This document shows positions 41,934 to 50,582 of a DNA stretch of 53,026 nucleotides, one piece after another. The stretch comes from an uncultured Planctomycetia bacterium (GTDB taxonomy: Bacteria; Omnitrophota; Gorgyraeia; Duberdicusellales; 4484-171), in the NCBI GenBank assembly GCA_964590995.1, contig CAZPYY010000002.1, positions 1 to 53,026 of the forward strand, read 5' to 3'. A model generated the notes under the pieces. It did no database searches, had not been told where the DNA came from, and saw nothing but the letters and a program-made list of their open reading frames with translations. Within the stretch, counting starts at the first letter, position 1. Each line of letters starts with the position of its first letter. A program made the translations under genes and the position numbers.

Positions 41934-42665
41934 GTGAAGTTTATATTTCTTGGCATTGTGCAGGGGATAACCGAGTTCCTGCCGATAAGTAGTTCCGGGC
42001 ATCTATTTCTCATACAAAAATTACTAAAAATAGAGGGAGATCTTCTTCCTTTTTTTGTTTTTCTGCACTTAGCAACACTTCTAGCTATAATTGTCTTTCT
42101 TTTTAAGAAGATCAAACTATTTTTTAAAGCAAGACCTCTGTTGAATATTCTTCTAATCACCTTAATAAGCGGAATTATGGGATTAGGGATTAGATTTTAT
42201 CTTAAGGAGTTCTTGGGCAGTACATTTATGCTAACTTTCTGCTTTTTAACTAATGCCGGAATATTGCTTAGCATCCGGCCTTCTTCGGGGGAAAGAAATA
42301 TTAGTAGCATAAATTTTAAAGATGCTCTTTTTTTAGGCTTCTTGCAGGGGTTTTCTCCCTTGCCGGGTATATCCCGTTCCGGCATTACTATTGCCGGATT
42401 ATTAAGAAGAGGCTTTAAGCGCAGCGAAGCTTTTATTCTCTCTTTTTTAATGGCAATCCCTCTTATCATCGGTGCTTTTTTTGTTGAGTTTAAAGAATTG
42501 GGTCAGAGTAATCTTTCTTTGCAAAATATGGGCTTGGGGCTTGTAGCTGCTTTTGTTTTCGGATTATTGGCTTTAAGTTTGGTTAGGAAAACCTTAATAA
42601 GTAAGAAGTTTAAAAACTTCGCTTATTATTGTTTAATATTGGCTTTACTTACTCTAATCGTATGA
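41934..42665 (+). CDS. uppP: Undecaprenyl-diphosphate phosphatase
   Basis: GITEFLPISSSGH and PGISRSG motifs. 243 aa polytopic protein. GTG start. Confidence 0.85.
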   Translation: MKFIFLGIVQGITEFLPISSSGHLFLIQKLLKIEGDLLPFFVFLHLATLLAIIVFLFKKIKLFFKARPLLNILLITLISGIMGLGIRFYLKEFLGSTFMLTFCFLTNAGILLSIRPSSGERNISSINFKDALFLGFLQGFSPLPGISRSGITIAGLLRRGFKRSEAFILSFLMAIPLIIGAFFVEFKELGQSNLSLQNMGLGLVAAFVFGLLALSLVRKTLISKKFKNFAYYCLILALLTLIV

Positions 42666-43378
42666 GAATTCAGATTAAAATAAAAGAGGGGGTAGCAATT
42701 TTAGAGCTAGAAGGCAGTATTGGCATTGATGCCTCAGACTTTGTTGAGACTGTAGGCTGGGTTCTTAACCATCAGACCAAAGATATCATTTGTAATTTTG
42801 AAAGCGTAAACTTGGTTGACTACGTAGGAGTATCTTTGATCTCAGTTATATACAAGAATATCTTAAACCACAAGGGAAGAATTGAGCTATACAATGTTCC
42901 TTCGCATGTAATGAGGTTATTCTCAATTGTTGGCCTGGATAGAATATTTAAATTCCATATTAGCGAAGAGCAGGCCTTAGAAGCGATTAAGCATGAGCGA
43001 GAGATGGAACGGCTAGCTAATGAGCCTTTAAGGAGGAGATTTGAACGGATACCTTTTAACGCTACTATTGAATACAGGCAAAAACTTCTCAAGGACCAAC
43101 CATTCTATAAGGGCAAGATAGTAAATCTAAGCGCTGAAGGGGTATTTATCGTTAGCGATAAGATATTTTCGATAGGAGATTTATTGGCTACCCGAATAAA
43201 TCTTCAGCCTCAGCCAGGAATTATAGAGGCCGATGTTAAGGTAGTTTGGCTAGCTGATAAAGAGATTCAGCCTGAGGATTATCCAGGGATGGGCTTAGAA
43301 TTTTACAATATAACTCCTGAAAAACAGGAGAAAATTGCCCAATTCGTAGAAAAGTATTTTACTCACCCCAGCCGTTAG
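42662..43378 (+). CDS. STAS (anti-sigma-factor antagonist) domain fused to a PilZ c-di-GMP-binding domain
   Basis: The N-terminal 110 aa or so are SpoIIAA-like (ILELEGSIG.., LVDYVGVSLI, RLFSIVGLDRIF). The C-terminal PilZ domain has both canonical motifs, RRFER (RxxxR) and NLSAEG ((D/N)xSxxG). ATG 42662 overlaps the uppP stop (ATGA). Confidence 0.75.
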   Translation: MRIQIKIKEGVAILELEGSIGIDASDFVETVGWVLNHQTKDIICNFESVNLVDYVGVSLISVIYKNILNHKGRIELYNVPSHVMRLFSIVGLDRIFKFHISEEQALEAIKHEREMERLANEPLRRRFERIPFNATIEYRQKLLKDQPFYKGKIVNLSAEGVFIVSDKIFSIGDLLATRINLQPQPGIIEADVKVVWLADKEIQPEDYPGMGLEFYNITPEKQEKIAQFVEKYFTHPSR

Positions 43379-43394
43379 CAATTCCCAGATAGTC

Positions 43395-43422
43395 TTGACA
43401 GAGGAGAATCTTTGGTTAAAAT
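43395..43422 (+). promoter_or_regulatory. Sigma70-type promoter (TTGACA-16-TAAAAT)
   Basis: TTGACA at 43395-43400 and TAAAAT at 43417-43422. An AAGGAGGG Shine-Dalgarno and ATG 43469 lie downstream. Confidence 0.5.
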
Positions 43423-43468
43423 ATGACGAAGTCATTTTTACTGGTTTAGAAGTAATAAAGGAGGGTGT

Positions 43469-43702
43469 ATGCCATACGATAGCAGTTTAGACGAGCAATT
43501 GTTTTCTAACTCTTGGGAAGGCGAAGGAACCAAAATTACCGTTAGCGTCTACTCCTATAATAAGGGAGCCAGGAAGCTACAGATTACCCGAGAGAATCAA
43601 ACTAACGAAGGTGGATACAGATTTACTAAGTTAGGCCGTTTAGCCAAAGAAGAAGCCGAAGGGATCTTGCCTTTGATTCAGGAAGCTTTAGCTAAAATGT
43701 AA
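43469..43702 (+). CDS. Small hypothetical protein (possibly PC4/YdbC-like ssDNA-binding fold)
   Basis: 77 aa with a strong Shine-Dalgarno. The ITVSVYSYNKGARKLQITRE pattern recalls YdbC-like proteins. This is weak recollection only. Confidence 0.4.
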   Translation: MPYDSSLDEQLFSNSWEGEGTKITVSVYSYNKGARKLQITRENQTNEGGYRFTKLGRLAKEEAEGILPLIQEALAKM

Positions 43703-43733
43703 GAGAACCTCTTCTTAGGTAAGATTTAATAAT

Positions 43734-44030
43734 ATGGAAGATAAGAAAAAGGCCTCGCGGAGCGATAACAAAGAGATTCGGCTTCAGCGCCAAGCCAAAA
43801 GCTTTAAGCTAAGCCAACTAGGAAACTATAAAACCGGATACACCGGCGATGACTTTCTCGTTGATTTAATTAAATACTTTGACCAAGAGGTTGATTTTAA
43901 CTTAGATAAGATACGCAAGGAAATAGAGCAGCCTCAGAGGTTAGCCCGCCTTATTGCCAAGGCAAAAGAAAAGAACACCCACCCTGTAGTTGAATTCGTA
44001 GAAGAACTCTTTAAGGATTTAGCTTCCTAG
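43734..44030 (+). CDS. Hypothetical protein
   Basis: 98-aa ORF with coding-like composition. No recognisable motif. Confidence 0.4.
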   Translation: MEDKKKASRSDNKEIRLQRQAKSFKLSQLGNYKTGYTGDDFLVDLIKYFDQEVDFNLDKIRKEIEQPQRLARLIAKAKEKNTHPVVEFVEELFKDLAS

Positions 44031-44469
44031 AGAGTTTTTCTTTAACCAGGTTACTTACCTTTTTGGAATCAGCTTGGAGGCCTACCCTGGCTAAGACTTC
44101 TTTCATGACTTTGCCCATATCTTTCATTGAAGAGGCGGAGAGTTCGCTTATTACTGCATTAACAATCTCTAAAATTTGAGCTTCTTCTAGGGGTTTAGGC
44201 AGGTATTCGTTAAGAATAGCAAGTTCTCTTTCTAGGCCTTTGAGAAGATCAGTACGCTCAGATTTAGCAATGCTTTCTTTAGCATCCTGAAGCTTTTTTT
44301 GGGCTTTTTTCAATACTGCTAAGACTTCGTCATCCTCAAGCTTATCCTTTTTAAGGTTAATAGCCTGGTTCTTTATATCAGCCCGGATAAGGCTTAAGAA
44401 ATCAATCTTTTGCCTATCTTTAGCTTTAAGAGCTTGGATGTAGTCTTGATAAATCTTATCTTCTAACAT
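44011..44469 (-). CDS. GatB/YqeY domain-containing protein
   Basis: LKAKD and YLPKPLEEAQI..V..VI.E...SSMKDMGKVMK motifs are typical of YqeY. This is the only convincing minus-strand gene in the window. Confidence 0.8.
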   Translation of the reverse strand: MLEDKIYQDYIQALKAKDRQKIDFLSLIRADIKNQAINLKKDKLEDDEVLAVLKKAQKKLQDAKESIAKSERTDLLKGLERELAILNEYLPKPLEEAQILEIVNAVISELSASSMKDMGKVMKEVLARVGLQADSKKVSNLVKEKLSRKLNP

Positions 44470-44504
44470 AATGCAGAGATTATATCATAATTTTTACAAA
44501 TATG

Positions 44505-44513
44505 TGATATAAT
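44505..44513 (+). promoter_or_regulatory. Extended -10 element TGATATAAT (candidate promoter of the CBS/EF-G unit, about 130-nt leader)
   Basis: The same 9-mer occurs at 40882 and 48273. It lies in the divergent intergenic region. The -35 element is weak. Confidence 0.4.
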
Positions 44514-44649
44514 TTTACTTATTAACAAACTGTATCCCGTTTCGCTAAAGATGTGTCAAAATTCCCTGTGGTAATCTTGACACGCTCAACGGGATCAATT
44601 CGGCTACACGTTTTTTACAAAAAACGTAAGTCTCATTGAGGAGGTTCCA

Positions 44650-45108
44650 ATGCAGGTAAAGGATATAATGACTAAAGACCCGGTTGCTGTTACTCCGGCT
44701 ACAGATGTACATGCTTTAGCAGAGTTATTTGTTGAAAAGAATATAAACGGTGCTCCGGTAGTAGATGATAATGGTACCTTATTAGGCATTGTTCAGGAGG
44801 AAGGGGTAATCTTTCAGGATAAGAAGGTGCACTTGCCTACATTTTTACATATTTCCTTAGGGTTTCTGACCTTAGGGGTGAAGAAGTACGAAGAAGAGAT
44901 AAAAAAGGTTACTGCTACTAAAGTCGCTGATATTTTAGAAAAAGATATTGTTATCCTAAGCCCTGAGATGAGTGTTGAAGATGCTGCTACAGTTATGATT
45001 GAGAAGGCTAGTTATTACTGCCCAGTGGTAGAAGGAGAGAAATTAGTAGGGGTAATCACCAAGAAAGATGTCGTTCGTTCTATTGCCAGGGATCAGAGTT
45101 TAGAATAA
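44650..45108 (+). CDS. CBS-domain pair protein
   Basis: Two CBS motifs (IMTKDPVAV..APVVDDNGTLLGIV and VMIEKASYYCPVVEGEKLVGVITKKDV) separated by an inserted hydrophobic segment. Confidence 0.8.
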   Translation: MQVKDIMTKDPVAVTPATDVHALAELFVEKNINGAPVVDDNGTLLGIVQEEGVIFQDKKVHLPTFLHISLGFLTLGVKKYEEEIKKVTATKVADILEKDIVILSPEMSVEDAATVMIEKASYYCPVVEGEKLVGVITKKDVVRSIARDQSLE

Positions 45109-45124
45109 GCTTCTCTAAAACATA

Positions 45125-48100
45125 ATGATTATTTTTGCCTCAATACTTATTGCTTCAGCCATAATTCTTGTTGTCTACTCTTTAAACAGCGAAGATGTCA
45201 AAGATGCCAGGAAAAAGGCTAAGGAAAAAGCCCAAGCCCGGGCTGCTGAGAAGAGATTTTTAAATCTAACCGAAAAAAGCCAATCCCTAAGAAAAAAAGC
45301 TTTTGAATATAAGAACAGAATAGCTTCTTTAGAGAAGATTGAGGCTCGTAGCATTGCTATGCAAAAGGAGCTCGAGAGTTTAAGGAAAAAAGAAGCAGAG
45401 TTGCGGGAACAGAATAAGCAGAGTAAGAAGTGGCTTATCTATCAGCAAAATCTCTTAAAAAAAGAAAAAGGACCAGAATCGGAGTCTAAAAAGAAGCTCC
45501 TAGAGAAAGAAAAAGAGTTAGAGAAGGAATTCACCAAGAACGTAAACTTAAAAAGAGAAATTTCAGAAGCTCAGAGAGAGATAAAGTCTCAAGAGAAAGA
45601 TATCAAAATATTAAAGGATGAAAAGACCGCCTTAGAGAAGAAAATTAAATCTGCTGACGAAAGGATGGCCAGGGTCGTAGGTGATTTACGGGCCCAGAAG
45701 GAAGAAGTAGCAAAGTTAAAGAAAAAAGCGAAGGAGAGCGGCTGGGTCTCTAAAGAAGAGTACAATAATTTAGCTGAGGGGAGAGATGAGCTAAAGCAGC
45801 AGCTAGAAATCCGGAAGAAAGAAGTAGAGCTAAAAGATAAGGAGATAGAGGAAAAAGATAAGGAGAGGATGCGTTTGGCTCATCAGCTTAAAGAGCAAGG
45901 TATAGAACCAATAGTCGAAGTTTCTATTGAGGAAGAGAAGTTAAAAGAAGAAGAGGGGGTAGTAGAGGAAGTTATTCAGGTTGAGGAAGAAGTGCTTAAA
46001 GAAGAAGCTAGGGTAGAAGAAGGCAAAGAGGTATCAGGGGAAGAAGAAGTATCTTCTCAAGAAGATAAAGAGAAGGTTAAAGAAAAGCCCAAAAAACGAC
46101 CGGAGGAAGCCCCGCCAAAAGCGGGGGAAGAACCCTCTCCGGTTAGAAAGAATGACCTAGCCAAGTTACGTAATATCGGAATTATGGCCCATATCGATGC
46201 CGGGAAGACCACCTTAACCGAGAGGATCCTCTTTTATACCGGCCGTTCCCATAAGATCGGTGAAGTGCATGACGGTGCTGCCCAAATGGATTGGATGAAG
46301 CAGGAACAGGAGCGGGGAATTACTATTACCTCAGCTGCTACTACTTGTATCTGGCAGGATTGCCGGATTAGTATTATTGATACTCCCGGACACGTTGATT
46401 TTACTGCTGAGGTTGAAAGGAGTTTAAGGGTCTTAGATGGGGCAATAGCAGTATTTTGTGCTGTCGGAGGGGTTGAGCCTCAATCAGAGACGGTCTGGCG
46501 TCAATCCAATAAATATGAAGTACCTAAAATTGCTTTTGTAAATAAGATGGACCGTATGGGTTCAGATTTTTTTGCGGTTTTAGAGAGTATTGAGAAAGAA
46601 TTAGGCGCTAATGCTTTGGCTTTGCAGATTCCGATTGGGGCTGAGGAGAGTTTTAAAGGAGTAATTGATCTTATTGCTATGAAAGCCTACATCTATGAGG
46701 ACGACACCCTGGGAAAGGATTTCAAAGTTGAGGAGATCCCCCAAGAACATAAGGATATCTGCGATAAATATCGGCACATTCTGGTAGAGAAGGCTGCAGC
46801 TGGGGATAATGTTCTTACTGAAAAGTACTTAAAAGATGAGAAGCTAATTACTGAAGATGAGTTAAAAAGGGCTATTCGCAAGGGAACAATAGCCCGCAGG
46901 ATTGTTCCGGTGCTTTGCGGCTCAGCTTTTAAAAATAAGGGAGTCCAAAATCTTCTTGATGCTGTGACTCTTTATCTTCCCTCACCCTTAGATATTCTAC
47001 CAATACAAGGCCATGATCCTAGTGATTCGGAGAATAAGCTCCAGCGTAAGCCATCGGACCAGGAGCCTTTCTCAGCCTTAGCTTTTAAGATCCAGGCTGA
47101 TCAACATATTGGCAAGTTGGTTTATATCCGGGTCTACTCCGGATATTTAAAAGCTGGAACTTATGTATACAATGCTACTAAGGAGAGGAAGGAGAGGGTC
47201 GGAAGAATTGTGCAGATGCATGCTAACCAGCGTGAGAATTTAGATGCTGTTTTTACCGGAGATATCGCAGCAGCAGTTGGTTTAAGCAGCACTTTAACCG
47301 GAGATACCCTTACGGCTTTAGATAGCCCGATTATTCTTGAGTCAATTGAATTCTCCGAACCAGTAATCTCAATCAGCATTAAACCAGAGAGTGGAAGCGA
47401 GCAGGATAAGTTAAGTAAAGGCTTAGCTAAGTTATCTGAGGAAGACCCTACTTTTAAGGCTCATATAGATGAGGAGACCTCAGAGACCATCCTTTCAGGG
47501 ATGGGTGAACTACATTTAGAGATAATCGTAGATAGATTAAAAGAAGAATTTAAGGTTAACGCCACCGTTGGTCAGCCTAAGGTAGCCTATAAAGAGGCAA
47601 TGCTCGGCAGCGTAACTGAGGAGTATAAGCATATAAAGCAGAGTGGAGGCCGAGGCCAATATGGCCATGTGGTGATTGAACTCTCACCGAATGCTGCTGG
47701 AGAAGGCTTTGAATTTGAAGATGCTATTACTGGCGGTGCTATCCCGAGAAATTACATCCCGGCTGTTGAAAAAGGAATCATTGAAGCTATGAAACACGGC
47801 CCTTATGCTGGTTATCCAGTAGCAGATGTAAAGGTAAAATTAGTTGATGGTTCTTACCATGAGGTTGATTCATCAGAGTTAGCTTTTAAGCTAACCGCCA
47901 GGAGTTGTTTTAAGAACGCTTTTATGAAGTGTGACCCAATATTACTTGAGCCTTGCATGGAGTTAGAAATAAATACTCCTGATGAATACGCTAGCAACCT
48001 TGTCGGCTATGTCTGTTCTAAACGCGGAAAAATCCTCGGTATGGAGACCAAAGGAACTCAAAAAACAATCGTAGCTGAGGCCCCATTATCAGAGATGTTC

Positions 48101-48238
48101 GGTTATGTTACTAATATGCGTTCTTTAAGTAGTGGCCGAGCTAATTGCTCTATGCACTTTAAAAAATACACCCAAGTTCCCAAAGAAATAGCTAAGAAGA
48201 TAATCGAGGAAAAAGAAGAAGCCAAAAAGAAGGATTAA
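45125..48238 (+). CDS. fusA: Elongation factor G family GTPase with a 340-aa N-terminal extension (TM helix plus K/E-rich coiled coil)
   Basis: From about residue 345 this is a full EF-G: AHIDAGKTT (G1), DTPGHVDF (G3), NKMD (G4), domain [11 protein letters not shown], domain V. Residues 1-20 ([20 protein letters not shown]) are hydrophobic. Residues 25-340 have heptad-like, charged coiled-coil composition. Confidence 0.8.
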   Translation: MIIFASILIASAIILVVYSLNSEDVKDARKKAKEKAQARAAEKRFLNLTEKSQSLRKKAFEYKNRIASLEKIEARSIAMQKELESLRKKEAELREQNKQSKKWLIYQQNLLKKEKGPESESKKKLLEKEKELEKEFTKNVNLKREISEAQREIKSQEKDIKILKDEKTALEKKIKSADERMARVVGDLRAQKEEVAKLKKKAKESGWVSKEEYNNLAEGRDELKQQLEIRKKEVELKDKEIEEKDKERMRLAHQLKEQGIEPIVEVSIEEEKLKEEEGVVEEVIQVEEEVLKEEARVEEGKEVSGEEEVSSQEDKEKVKEKPKKRPEEAPPKAGEEPSPVRKNDLAKLRNIGIMAHIDAGKTTLTERILFYTGRSHKIGEVHDGAAQMDWMKQEQERGITITSAATTCIWQDCRISIIDTPGHVDFTAEVERSLRVLDGAIAVFCAVGGVEPQSETVWRQSNKYEVPKIAFVNKMDRMGSDFFAVLESIEKELGANALALQIPIGAEESFKGVIDLIAMKAYIYEDDTLGKDFKVEEIPQEHKDICDKYRHILVEKAAAGDNVLTEKYLKDEKLITEDELKRAIRKGTIARRIVPVLCGSAFKNKGVQNLLDAVTLYLPSPLDILPIQGHDPSDSENKLQRKPSDQEPFSALAFKIQADQHIGKLVYIRVYSGYLKAGTYVYNATKERKERVGRIVQMHANQRENLDAVFTGDIAAAVGLSSTLTGDTLTALDSPIILESIEFSEPVISISIKPESGSEQDKLSKGLAKLSEEDPTFKAHIDEETSETILSGMGELHLEIIVDRLKEEFKVNATVGQPKVAYKEAMLGSVTEEYKHIKQSGGRGQYGHVVIELSPNAAGEGFEFEDAITGGAIPRNYIPAVEKGIIEAMKHGPYAGYPVADVKVKLVDGSYHEVDSSELAFKLTARSCFKNAFMKCDPILLEPCMELEINTPDEYASNLVGYVCSKRGKILGMETKGTQKTIVAEAPLSEMFGYVTNMRSLSSGRANCSMHFKKYTQVPKEIAKKIIEEKEEAKKKD

Positions 48239-48272
48239 GGGTCAAATTCCTATATGATTTTCTTAAGCCTTA

Positions 48273-48281
48273 TGATATAAT
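48273..48281 (+). promoter_or_regulatory. Extended -10 element TGATATAAT, 8 nt upstream of the ATG (leaderless transcript predicted)
   Basis: TGATATAAT at 48273-48281 and ATG at 48290. The intervening TTTATTAT has no Shine-Dalgarno. Confidence 0.45.
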
Positions 48282-48289
48282 TTTATTAT

Positions 48290-49483
48290 ATGGATAAAAT
48301 CAAGAAGATCTTGATCGTATCTTCAGATAGCAAGCTTAAGGATGTACTTAATTTTTGCTTTGATGGCTGGGGATATGAGGTCTTCTTAAAAGAACCCTCG
48401 CCAAGTTCAGATATCGAAAAAATCAAGAAAGTCTCTCCTGACGTTATCGTGGTTGATGTTCAAACAGCCAGTAAAGAACAACTTGATATCTGCAGAAATC
48501 TAAAAAAAGACTTTGCTACTGCTTTTATTCCGGTAATAACTTTGATTAACAAACGCCACTTGCGGGCTCAGCTCCTAAGCCTTGAGCAGGGCGTAGATGA
48601 TTATCTTATTAAGCCGCCAGACCCTCTGGATTTACGAATCAGAATTGAAATGTCAATAAGAAGGGCAAAACATAGCATTCATGCTAGCTCCCTAACCGGT
48701 CTTCCTGGAGGAAAAATCCTTGAAGATATGCTCAAGGAGAGACTAGGCTTTGGTGCGCCTTTTTCCTTTGCTTACGTAGATATTGATGATTTCAAGTCTT
48801 TTAATGATGTTTACGGGTATCGCAGGGGAGATAAGGTAATTTTACAGACTGCTTACTTATTATCTATAACCTTAAAAGATTTTGGCAATAGCGATGATTT
48901 TATCAGCCATATTGGCGGTGATGACTTTGCTTTTATTACTACTCCTGATAAATATGAGAGGATTTGTAAGAATTTTATTAATTTTTTTGATAATATTATT
49001 CCTTTTCACTACTCAGCTAGTGACCGTACCAAGGGTTTTGTCATGGCTAGGGATCGGGCCCGGAAGATAAAGAAGTCACCCTTGATGAGTGTATCTATTG
49101 CTGTGTTTAATAAAGATGACTCTTCTAAAGTAAAGAGTATTATTGAGGTCAATGAGCGGATTGCTGAGATAAAGAGATTCTTAAAGACAATCCCTGAGAG
49201 TATATTTATGGCTGAGCGAAGGGATTCGGTTTCTTTTGCTAATAAGGTACCCCAAGTTAATAAGAAGGCCCTAACTTACCCTTACCAACCCTTAGGCCAG
49301 ATATTGCTTCAGAAGCAGGTAATCTCTTATGAACAATTAGATGAGGCTTTGAATGTGCATTGGAAGAAGGGGGTAGTATTGGGTGAAGTTCTTAAAGAAC
49401 TGGGTTTTGTCAGTGATCAGCAGCTACAAGAGGCTTTAAACGTCCAGCGGGTTAATCTTTCTGATTCAGCCCTTAAGAATTAA
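48290..49483 (+). CDS. Response-regulator receiver plus GGDEF-family domain (GGDDF variant) plus C-terminal T2SSE_N/MshEN-like domain
   Basis: REC features: VVDV acceptor Asp, PVITL, DDYLIKP. GGDEF fold: DIDDFKSFNDVYGYRRGD..HIGGDDFAFI. The C-terminal tandem LGQILLQKQVISYEQLDEAL / LGEVLKELGFVSDQQLQEAL resembles the MshEN c-di-GMP-binding repeat. Confidence 0.7.
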   Translation: MDKIKKILIVSSDSKLKDVLNFCFDGWGYEVFLKEPSPSSDIEKIKKVSPDVIVVDVQTASKEQLDICRNLKKDFATAFIPVITLINKRHLRAQLLSLEQGVDDYLIKPPDPLDLRIRIEMSIRRAKHSIHASSLTGLPGGKILEDMLKERLGFGAPFSFAYVDIDDFKSFNDVYGYRRGDKVILQTAYLLSITLKDFGNSDDFISHIGGDDFAFITTPDKYERICKNFINFFDNIIPFHYSASDRTKGFVMARDRARKIKKSPLMSVSIAVFNKDDSSKVKSIIEVNERIAEIKRFLKTIPESIFMAERRDSVSFANKVPQVNKKALTYPYQPLGQILLQKQVISYEQLDEALNVHWKKGVVLGEVLKELGFVSDQQLQEALNVQRVNLSDSALKN

Positions 49484-49485
49484 AA

Positions 49486-50547
49486 ATGGAGGAGAATATG
49501 TTTAAGGAAACTTTAGAACTAAGCTTTTTAAATAACCGAGTCTTAGATTATTTAATCTGTGTAGGTGTATTTTTACTCAGTGTTATTATAATTAAAATCT
49601 TCGAGGTGATTATCTTAAAGAGATTAAAGAAGTGGGCAGAGAAGACTACAACCACTTTGGATGATTTCGTAGTCGGTATTTTTGAGAGGGTAATTACGCC
49701 TTTTCTGTATCTGGGTGCACTTTATTTGAGCATTCAGATCTTAACTTTAAATGCTTTCCTGGCAAAGGTAGTTAATGTTTTAGGGATAGCAGTTTTGACT
49801 ATTTTTACGGTCCGGGTAGCCTCGCTATTGATTACCTATGGTTTTGAAAATTACTCTCGAAAGACCAGGCAGAGCTCAGCTACAGATTATAGCCTCAAGG
49901 GAATACTTAAAGTGATAAAATTTATCCTCTGGTCCGGGGCAGTTATCTTTTTCTTAGATAATCTGGGGTTTAAGATATCAGCGGTAATTGCCGGTTTAGG
50001 TATTGGCGGTGTTGCTATTGCCTTGGCAGCTCAGGCAGTCTTAAAGGATTTATTCAGTTATTTCTCCATACTCTTTGACCGGCCTTTTGAGGTCGGTGAT
50101 TTTGTTATTGTCGGAGACCTCTTGGGTACAATAGAACATATCGGAATTAAGACTACCCGTATCCGCAGCTTAGGCGGTGAGCAGCTAGTCTTTTCCAACT
50201 CTGACCTCACTAACTCCCGGGTGCGTAATTATAAGCGGATGCAGAAGCGGAGAGTGGTTTTTAAATTAGGTGTGGTTTATAACACTTCCCTTAAAACCCT
50301 AAAAGAAATACCTCAGATAATTGAGAAAGCTATTAAGAGTATTAAGGATACTGTATTTGACCGGGCTCATTTTTCCTCCTATGGTGATTTTAACCTTGTC
50401 TTTGAGGTGGTCTATTATGTCTTAAGTAGTGACTATAATAAGTATATGGATATCCAACAGGAGATAAACTTCCTTATCAAGGAAGAGTTTGAAAAGAAAA
50501 AGATTGAGTTTGCTTTTCCCACTCAGACTATACATTTAAATAAGTAG
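49486..50547 (+). CDS. Mechanosensitive ion channel (MscS family)
   Basis: Several TM helices followed by the LFDRPFEVGDFV..G..GTIE.IG.KTTRIR beta-domain signature. Confidence 0.85.
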   Translation: MEENMFKETLELSFLNNRVLDYLICVGVFLLSVIIIKIFEVIILKRLKKWAEKTTTTLDDFVVGIFERVITPFLYLGALYLSIQILTLNAFLAKVVNVLGIAVLTIFTVRVASLLITYGFENYSRKTRQSSATDYSLKGILKVIKFILWSGAVIFFLDNLGFKISAVIAGLGIGGVAIALAAQAVLKDLFSYFSILFDRPFEVGDFVIVGDLLGTIEHIGIKTTRIRSLGGEQLVFSNSDLTNSRVRNYKRMQKRRVVFKLGVVYNTSLKTLKEIPQIIEKAIKSIKDTVFDRAHFSSYGDFNLVFEVVYYVLSSDYNKYMDIQQEINFLIKEEFEKKKIEFAFPTQTIHLNK

Positions 50548-50582
50548 GTTTTTAAAATTATCCCTACCTTTTAAAAGAAAAG

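Noticed and set aside
45125-46160. The E/K-rich DNA of the EF-G extension, and 40.9-41.9 kb, as a CRISPR or tandem-repeat array
   Set aside because: There is no regular repeat-spacer periodicity. The purine-rich repeats are in-frame codon repeats (GAA/AAG/GAG) inside long ORFs. Only the 54-bp pair at 41411/41639 is a true repeat.
38012-48238. Possible link between the Dph6-like ATPase (plus radical-SAM neighbour) and the unusual EF-G, by analogy with diphthamide on archaeal/eukaryotic EF-2
   Set aside because: The radical-SAM here is a classical CX3CX2C/SPASM enzyme, not Dph2-like, and no Dph5-like methyltransferase is present. The genes are 7 kb apart in different transcription units. The EF-G domain-IV loop reads [13 protein letters not shown], with Lys/Gln rather than His at the position I align with the diphthamide histidine. 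This is kept only as a remote idea.
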